From the human T2T-CHM13v2.0 reference genome, Homo sapiens, in assembly GCF_009914755.1 (NCBI RefSeq), contig NC_060947.1: a DNA stretch of 64,000 nucleotides; one strand, given 5' to 3'. Under the pieces are notes generated by a model, which was given only the letters and a program-made list of their open reading frames with translations, was not told the origin of the DNA and made no database searches. The position numbers and the translations under genes are program-made. Positions 46,517 through 64,000 of this stretch are shown piece by piece (within the stretch, counting starts at the first letter, position 1; each line of letters starts with the position of its first letter).

Positions 46517-47461
46517 GCCCCAGAGAAAACTCTAAAAACATAGTCCTTTCTTTATTCCTTTGATCCCTCCGAGCCACTGTTCCGAAGGGTAATCGCATCA
46601 AAGAATCTCTTGGTTGCAAAGATCCTTAGAAGGTTCCTGACGAATTTGGAGTGAGGGTGGGGAATGTATCCCCTAGGCTTATTTAATTAATTTTTGGATG
46701 TTTTGCTGATTTGAAATAGTTGATGATGGCACTGCTTCATTTTTTTTCTCAATTACGTAATTTTTTTTTACTTCATTTTTTGCTTTGCAGAAGGAATCAG
46801 AGGAAAGAAAATAAAGCTAAAAAGTGCATTTTTTAGCTCCCCCACACACCCCGAAATCTGTAGTGATACCCTGTGCCTGTCTTACTGCAATTGCCTCTGG
46901 CTCTCGGAAGCTCTCAAGATGTACATGGATCAGACCAGCCAAACCAGCCAATCAGCCACCAGGATTTGGTGTAGACGAATCCTAAATGGGTGGCTTATCT
47001 TCGTCTTATTCATCTCTGTATCCTCCACGTCTAGCCTGCTGTCTGGAACATAGTAAAGTTTCCGCTACTGCTCTGCATTCCCTCCACCCCCGGGCCCCAG
47101 TGACTCATCTTCCCACGGTGGCCACCTCTCTCCCACACTCTGTTGTGCTGCTCACTGGACTCCAGTGGGTGGTAAACAAAATCCTTTACTCTTATAGGCT
47201 ACCTCCTCCCAAACTGCTTCCTTCCTCTAAGTGACACCTGACTATCCTTCAGAGATGCTGCTTTTCTCATATCCTTCTCAACTGGAAATTTCTTCATCTC
47301 CACACCCAAGTCCCATGGAAGGGCAGAGAGGGCAGCTTTCTTCTAGCTCTTGATTCCCTCGCTCACTGTGATCTCCTCATCTCCTCCATTTTCGACCAAA
47401 ACCAGCTCCAACAGACTCCATCCCTCCCCATCACTACTGATAATCTTTGACATTTCAAGAC

Positions 47462-47950
47462 AGCCGTTCTTAACACAGGGTTCATGGACCTCCTAGGTTC
47501 TGTGAATAGAATTCAGAGGATCTGTGAACTTAGATAGGAAAAAAATACATCTTTTTCACTAATCTCTAACTGAAGTTTAGCAGTTTCTTCAGCTGCAGAC
47601 ATAGGTAACAATCTATAGTAATGTTAGCAGTACCTGTGATTTCATAACCAATAGAAATCACTGATATCATCATTTCCCATTCCAGTTGTTGTAAATAGCT
47701 CAAAATAGCATTTATACTCATTACAACATTCAAATTCTGGTAATTATTAAGCCTGCATATAGATATTATTACTTCTGGAATTGATAGAGAAGCACATGGA
47801 TTGCTAAGTCACAATTTTTAAATATTTTAGTAACTGTATTTTTAGTATACTTGGTATATTTTAGGCATTTAAAAACATTATTTTGAGAATGAGCCCATAG
47901 GCCTCACTAGATTGCTAACGGGGCCAATGGCACAAAATAACCCCTGGTCT
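47462..47950. mobile_element. hAT-Charlie-like DNA transposon relic
   Basis: gttcttaacacagggttcatggacc…aggggtctgtgaact-like start; ggggccaatggcacaaaataacccctggtctaga end. Confidence 0.55.
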
Positions 47951-48335
47951 AGACAATAATACTTATTCATTTCGGATAATGATATGTACTATGAAGATAC
48001 TCCAATAGGATAATGGGATATACATGTGATTGAGGGTTCAACTACTTTAAATACAGTGATCAGGGAAGGCTTCTCTAAGGGTGTGACATTTGAGCCGCAA
48101 GGATGAGGATGACAGAGCCATGGAGAGATCTGGGTGAAGAGCATTCCAGGCAGTGGGAATAATAAATGTGAGGATGGTTCTGAGGCAGAAACCAGTCTGA
48201 CAGGTTTGAGCAATGGGAAGACGGCCAGGGAGGTGGGACTTGGTGAACCCAGCTTGAGTAAATTATTCACAGTAGCCCAAAGGTGGAAACAACCCAAATG
48301 TCCATCAACTGATGACCGGATAAAGAAAATGTGGA

Positions 48336-51050
<2,715 letters not shown>

Positions 51051-51498
51051 TCTGATGCCTTTACATGCTTACTTTCCATTCACTCAGCAATCACGGTAAT
51101 CTGGCTTCCACCCACAGTTCCCCTCGAATTATTATTCTGAAATGTATTACTGACCTTCATATCACCAAACCCAAAGAATATTTTGCAGTTCTCGTCTTCC
51201 TGGATACCATGTATCATTCCTTCCCATATACTACATGATTTAGCTGTTCCTTGATTCTTCTATCAATAAAAATCATGATCATAATATCTTCAGTTTATGA
51301 GGCAGTTACTCTGTGCCAGGTGTTTAAGCATTTCATATTCCACACATGTCAAATGTGCTTCACCACAACTCTCTAAGGTAGGTAGTATTATTATTATCAT
51401 CCATCATTATCATCCCCATTTTACAGATGAGAAAACTGAGGCATAGAAAATTTAAGTACCTTGTTCAAGATCCCTGGGCTAAAAAGACAGCAAGATGA

Positions 51499-53766
<2,268 letters not shown>

Positions 53767-53849
53767 CCCCCAACATCTTTCCTGTCCCCCCTCCTACCTG
53801 TCAGCTTATTCCTGTTCAGTCCCTTTTCAGGATGTCTTTTCCTCCATCT

Positions 53850-54960
53850 ATTGACTTAGCATCCTGAGGTTTTTGTCTTTAGCCCAGTGTTCTTCTTACT
53901 CTACTCTGATCCCTGGGTGATTTTACATGTGTCCATGGTTGGAACATATCACCTCTACCTTGATAACCCAATCTATTTCTAGCCTCTTCTCATCTCCAAT
54001 TCTGTGTGTTCAACTGCCTACTGCTGAAGGTCATCGCGTATCTCAGTATTCCTCAGACAGATCAAACTTGACATGTCCAAAACAGAGCTGATTATTTTGA
54101 ACCCTGGTTCTCTTACGGAATGCCATCACCATGTGTCCACTCTCCAAAGCTGGAAATTTGGGCCTCATTCTAGATTTTTCTTTTGCCTTCACAACCCCAC
54201 ACCAAGTGCCTACCAAGTCCTGTTGATATTTACCTACTCAGTATTTAGCAAATCTGTCTCCTCTTCCCTATCTCAGCACCTATTTTACCTCTTGCCTTGA
54301 TCATAAATCCTTCTGTGATCTGGCACCTGCTTACCTCTTCAGCCTCATCTCACCGTTTTTTCCCCAAGCTTACTCCAAGTGTTAGCCCAGGGGCAGAACC
54401 AGGTTTTTCCAGCCCTTAGGCTTATGCAATCTGAAAGACTCTCTGAGGAAAATAATACGACATTGTGATTGAACATTAGTTACAGAGCTTTGGAAGGGGC
54501 CTGTGCAATCTTCATTAGCTTCACAGTGACTCTGCCTCTGTCTAGCCAAAGAGAGCAAGCTACACTTCCCTAGAACATACCAGAATCCTACACATCACTT
54601 TGCCTTTATACAGGCAGTTACTTCTGCCTGAGATGCCCCTCTCTCCATTCCCTTGTCTGTCTGGCAAAACAGTTCGTCCTTCAAGAGTCAGCTCAGGAGG
54701 CACATCCTTTGTGAAGGCTTCCCTGACCTCCCTACGTGGAATTGATGGTTCTCGCCTTTGTGTTCTCATTGTAACTTGTCCTTTATCTCTTTGTACCCTG
54801 TCCTTTACAGAACATCTTATACTCTATGGAAATTATTTGCTTAAAACCGGTTTTGCCTATGAGTCCCTCAAGGGCAGAGACTAAGCCATTCCTTTTTAGA
54901 TGGTCAGAGCTCGACAGTACCTGGCGCAAGGTAGGAGCTCAATAAATGTTTGCTGCATGG
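53850..54960 (+). mobile_element. L2 3' region with an inserted MER53-like element (about 54389-54540)
   Basis: aaacttgacatgtccaaaacagagct…ctcaataaatgtttgctg L2 end; ggggcagaaccagg…cttcattagcttcacagtgactctgcctctg. Confidence 0.7.
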
Positions 54961-55211
54961 AATTGAGACCTGACCCATGTATACTAGAAAGACACCCTTC
55001 TTTTGGCAAAGTGAGTGGAGTGGAACAGTTGCTGTAGACAGGGACACCAGACAGGGCCTATGCTTGGGAGGTACCTGCTGCTGCCCACACCATTCTGGGA
55101 GGACAGGCTTGGGCCCGATATCTGTGCTGTCTTCAAGATCTCTGTGGTGAGCTCCTCTCTGCGGCCCTCTACCAACCTCCCCACCCTACCCCACCCCACC
55201 GCCTTCTTTAC

Positions 55212-55407
55212 CTGTCCTCTTTGTTGATCTGGTCCCCAAAGCCAACTGTGCTAACGATCGTGAGCTTTAGCCTCACGTTGCTCTCTTGGAGGTCATAGGT
55301 ATTAGACTGGAGCTGGACACCCGGCTGTGTGTGGGTGGCTGGCTCCCCTTCGAATTTGGTGTTGAACAGGGTGTCCATGAGGGTGGACTTGCCCAAACCT
55401 GTCTCTC
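55212..55407 (-). CDS. SEPTIN6: Septin-6 coding exon (exon 3), P-loop/G1 and G3 region
   Basis: ttttcag|GA acceptor, AG|gtaaag donor, 196 nt; encodes (G)[64 protein letters not shown](S) with GxxxxGKS and STVG in place of DTPG, typical of SEPT6. Confidence 0.97.
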
Positions 55408-55563
55408 CTGAAAAGCAAAAGGATAAATTATGGTCTGTTCACATAGTGACTATTCAGCCCTTACACATCATGTTTCATATACACATTTGTTGACACGGGA
55501 AAATGAACATGATAAAACATAAAGCAAAAAGCAGAAGCAGATGAACTATATGATGTCAGTTAA

Positions 55564-57862
<2,299 letters not shown>

Positions 57863-59744
57863 TCATTAATTACTCTGGCCTGCCCTTTGAAGACAAAGAC
57901 TACTCTCCCATTTATTCCGCTATCATCATCCCTGTTTTTCCCTCTCCTCTCCCCAACCCAGGGGGAATGTGAGCCTCGACTTCTCTTCACAGTCGGGACT
58001 GGGTTTGCATTGGGCAAATTGTGGCCTGCCAAACCCCGCCTTGCGACCAAAAGCACACATCTGCAGGGTGGTTCAGGGCTACGGTTAGAGCTACATGATG
58101 CAGAACTGAAAATGCTCCATCTCCCCTCCCCACTCTGGGTGTGTCTAGCCTGCTTCTTTTATCCCAAATAATGAGCTATGAATGCAGGAGGTGCCTTTTA
58201 AAATATCTGTGTATGATGAGAGTTTTCTGTGTGTGGACAGAGAGAAGGGAGAGAGAGAGAAGAGATAAGAGAGAGGAGGGAGACAGGGAGAGGGAGGGAG
58301 AACAAGGAGAACATTCAATTCAGTCTGGCTACCCGGCCCCCCAGCCCAATTTCATAGCCAGGTCTGACTAACTTGGTAAATTGCCAGAGTGTGGGGAAAT
58401 GGTTCCTCACACAGATCATGTTTCAAGCCAGGGTCTGCTATATCCATTAGCAGCAAAGACTCTTGAAGAAGAGGCCCCCTTTTTCCTCCCCTAAAGGAAC
58501 AGGAAGTATTTGGGTCCCAAGAAGAATTTTATGAGGTGGGGCCTTTGCCATGGGAGGTGGCAGACTTGGCCAAGCAGTGGAATGTATCACACCCCACCTC
58601 ACCCAAAGTTGGGGTGCACCTTAACTGCAAACGGGGCCAGCACCTTGGAGGTGGGAACACAGTGTGGCTCCCACATCCTAACTCACCTCCCCTCTCGAGG
58701 GCACTGAGGTTTGAGCTACAGTTTAGCTCATCTTCCTATGTGCCTGATGAATTTTCCATGTACATCCTTACCCCCAACTCCCTCCCATGGAACAGAAGGG
58801 AGCACATGGAACAGAACCATCCTTACCCCCAACTCCCAAAACCCTTCTGTTGCATGAGCTCCCTGCCGAATGCCCTGTAGCTCCTAGGGAGTGGGGGTCC
58901 TGTTTCCCCAGCACCCAGAGTGGGCACCCTGGCTCCCCGATCCTAAGAATTCTCAGAGAGCAGGAGATGGGCCATCTTCCAGTACCCCCGAGAGTGCCTA
59001 ACCCAAGGTTCACACAGAAGGCCTCAGGGGCAGCACCGCAGCGTTGAGGGACCCACCCTGTTTGCACAGCTGGAGGAATGGGGGCCGGGCAGGGCAGGAC
59101 AGGGAGCTGGGAGGAACAGCAGGAGAAATGACCACCCAAATGCCTGCTGGCACAAAAGCGCTGTGGAAATTAGATGCCAAATAATGAACGTCTGGAAGAA
59201 AAGAACACCCGGGTGTCTAGGGAATTGAGATAAATGCAATAGTAGAGAGGGCAGAAAATCAAGCGAGCTCATCCTATGGCTATCGAGAGCTCCTGTTCCA
59301 GTTTTCCATCAGTGTAGAGCCTGGGGGTCGGGGAGGCTTTCTGTCAATGACTGGCACAGACCCAGCCTGATCCTAGGATGCTGCCCCTCCCACGGCTGCC
59401 CTGGGCCCAGTACTGAGTGTGAGTGTGTTGTGAGGGGGAGGCACACGTGACCTAACTGGGATCAGGTCAGCAGATTCCACACCCCTGCAGGAAGGTGGAG
59501 ACTTGGCAATTCGATTCCAGCAGGAAACCTGAGGAGTCCCGAGGGGTCAATTTCTCACTCCTCCTCCCCCAGCCCTCCCAGGGCTCCTCCAAGTGGATAG
59601 TAAGGTTTTTAACGCATGCTCCACCAGCCAAGAGGATTTCATCTCACTTTGCTTAATGTAGATAGTATTCTGGAAACAATAGTTTTAAAAAAAATTAAAA
59701 CATATATGAGTACTACGAAATATGTTTTTTTTCAAACTATGCTC

Positions 59745-60117
<373 letters not shown>

Positions 60118-60385
60118 TTACTTTGTGACATGAACTGAGCTCTTTCCCCTCTCTGGGTCCCAGTCTCTTTTTCTATAAAATGAGAGCGTTGGTAATAACA
60201 GCTATTGTTTACAGACACTGCTCTAAGTTTTTTACATATATTTTCTTATTTATTCCTCACAGCAAGCCCATGAGGAAGATGTTACTATTTGTCCTCAATT
60301 TATAGATGGGTTAACCAAGCCACTTACTAGCTGTGTAAATTTGCACCAGTTCCTCAGCATCTCTGCACCTTACTTTCCTCATCTA

Positions 60386-60808
<423 letters not shown>

Positions 60809-61975
60809 ATTTTGAAAACTAGTAATAATAAAATAAAATGTGGAAGAAGTAACTAGTCCAAGGTCACAAACTAGTAAGTGGCAGAGCCAGCATTTGAATC
60901 CAGGCAGGCCGACGCTGGAGTCCATGCTTTTAACCAATGTGCTCTAGCGAGACGCATAGGCGTGATACGTTTGTTCATTCAGTCATTCAACGAGTATTTA
61001 CAAAGACTCTAACAGGAGCCAGGCACAGTTATAGGAGCTGCAGATACAGCAATGAACAAGATAGCCACAATCCCTGTTCTTGTGGACCTAAAGTCTCTTC
61101 CAGTTCTGAATGTTGAACCCAGAGAAACGTCTCTGAGTTCAACAGGGAGGTGCCCAAAAGGAAACATTCCAGGAACTCCGGTTGGCTAAGGAAGCCTATG
61201 GAAAGGGACAAGGTTATGCCTGGCTCTGTGACCTTGTCCTTTCTCCTTCCTGATCTTGCAGAGGCCTGGCAGGCAGTGGTGTGCTGGAGCCGGCTCGTCC
61301 GCTTCCTGCATCTCTTCCCAAGCCCACGTGCAGTGATGTCATGTTGGTAGCTTAACAGCAGCCATGGCAGGAGTAATGACACCAACAAAATCAGCAGATG
61401 CTTCAAACCACAACAGTTTTTCTCCTGAGATGGGCTGTGACGTTGACCAGCACACCACTGCTGGCAGCCTGTTTTAGACAAATAAGCAGCTGCCTTTCCC
61501 AGATATGAAGGGATGAAACAATTGATCCTTGGCCTTGATAGAATGCTAGCTGCCCTTTCCCTCCTCCTGCAGCAAGCCTCAATCCTGCTTCTCTTGTGTG
61601 ACTGTTTTTTTCCATGTTCAACAGAGCCCAATTGAGCCTGGAATCCTGAGCAGCTTCAAAGTAAATATTATCATTATGACCCTTTGTGCTCTTCACAGCC
61701 ATGACTGCTACTGTAGCATTTAGATGGATGAGTCTCTTTGGGGCTTGTTCCCAGGAGTGCAAAGCAACGGGCCCCAGAATATTTGTACTGTTGGCTCTGG
61801 TGGTTCCTCTGAGGCATTCTGTACTGCATCTAGGATCAGGGGATCCTTGAAATTTCCAAAGCTAAGGGACTAGTATATGTGTTTTTATGGGGAGAAAGAG
61901 GAACCTCACCTCTTCGGTAATTATGGTCAACCCTAGAGAATATATTGGAGAGGAGTCATAATATGTTCACACTCA

Positions 61976-63647
<1,672 letters not shown>

Positions 63648-64000
63648 CTAAGCTATGGACCCTTTGCGAAGTCAGTGACTGGATCCAGCCTCATGGCTGG
63701 GCTGACATTGCAGCTTCAGAGCTACTCTAAGCTACTTATGACCTTGGCCCAAATTGTGGGTTCTCTGAGCAAGGACAGGGTGGTGAGCACAGCAAGAGGG
63801 CAGGATGCGTGCATTGCAGGGTTTTTTGGAACAGGGGTGAAATTAACCCAGTCGGGGCTGGCCTATCCAATGGTTGCACCTGTGAGTCTAAGACAGGAGC
63901 TACAGAGGCAGCCATTTCCTGAAACTTGACAAGTGGGGAGCAAAAGAGAGTCTGTGACTCTTGAGGATGAGAGCATCTCCTTCCTACTCCTCCCCTCTTG

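Overview
Primate (human-like) genomic DNA holding the 3' part of the septin gene SEPT6/SEPTIN6 on the minus strand. Seven internal coding exons splice with GT-AG ends and consistent phases into the septin GTPase domain, septin unique element and coiled coil: 55212-55407, 44584-44770, 41667-41828, 32423-32519, 28753-28921, 25086-25218 and 21044-21234 (exons 3-9 by recalled numbering; exons 1-2 lie beyond the right edge). The last common exon ends mid-codon (AA|) and can be completed by at least four downstream acceptors giving different C-termini (N*, NLGFL*, NNPWLCTE*, NFF*), with two poly(A) signals at 8688-8693 and 7470-7475. The rest is intron and intergenic sequence with roughly one Alu per kb (many nested), two MaLR solo LTRs, L1/L2/MIR relics, hAT-type MERs and microsatellites. 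Nearly all ORFs in the supplied track are Alu or repeat artefacts. I found no convincing new gene or wholly novel system. The best leads are regulatory: the C-terminal switch, RBFOX/MBNL motifs in the 45-nt stop exon, a candidate extra 136-nt exon, isoform-specific miR-223 sites, a SOX-OCT/ETS/STAT motif cluster in the 3' UTR and a CRE cluster past the poly(A) site. Repeat boundaries and subfamilies were judged by eye and are approximate.
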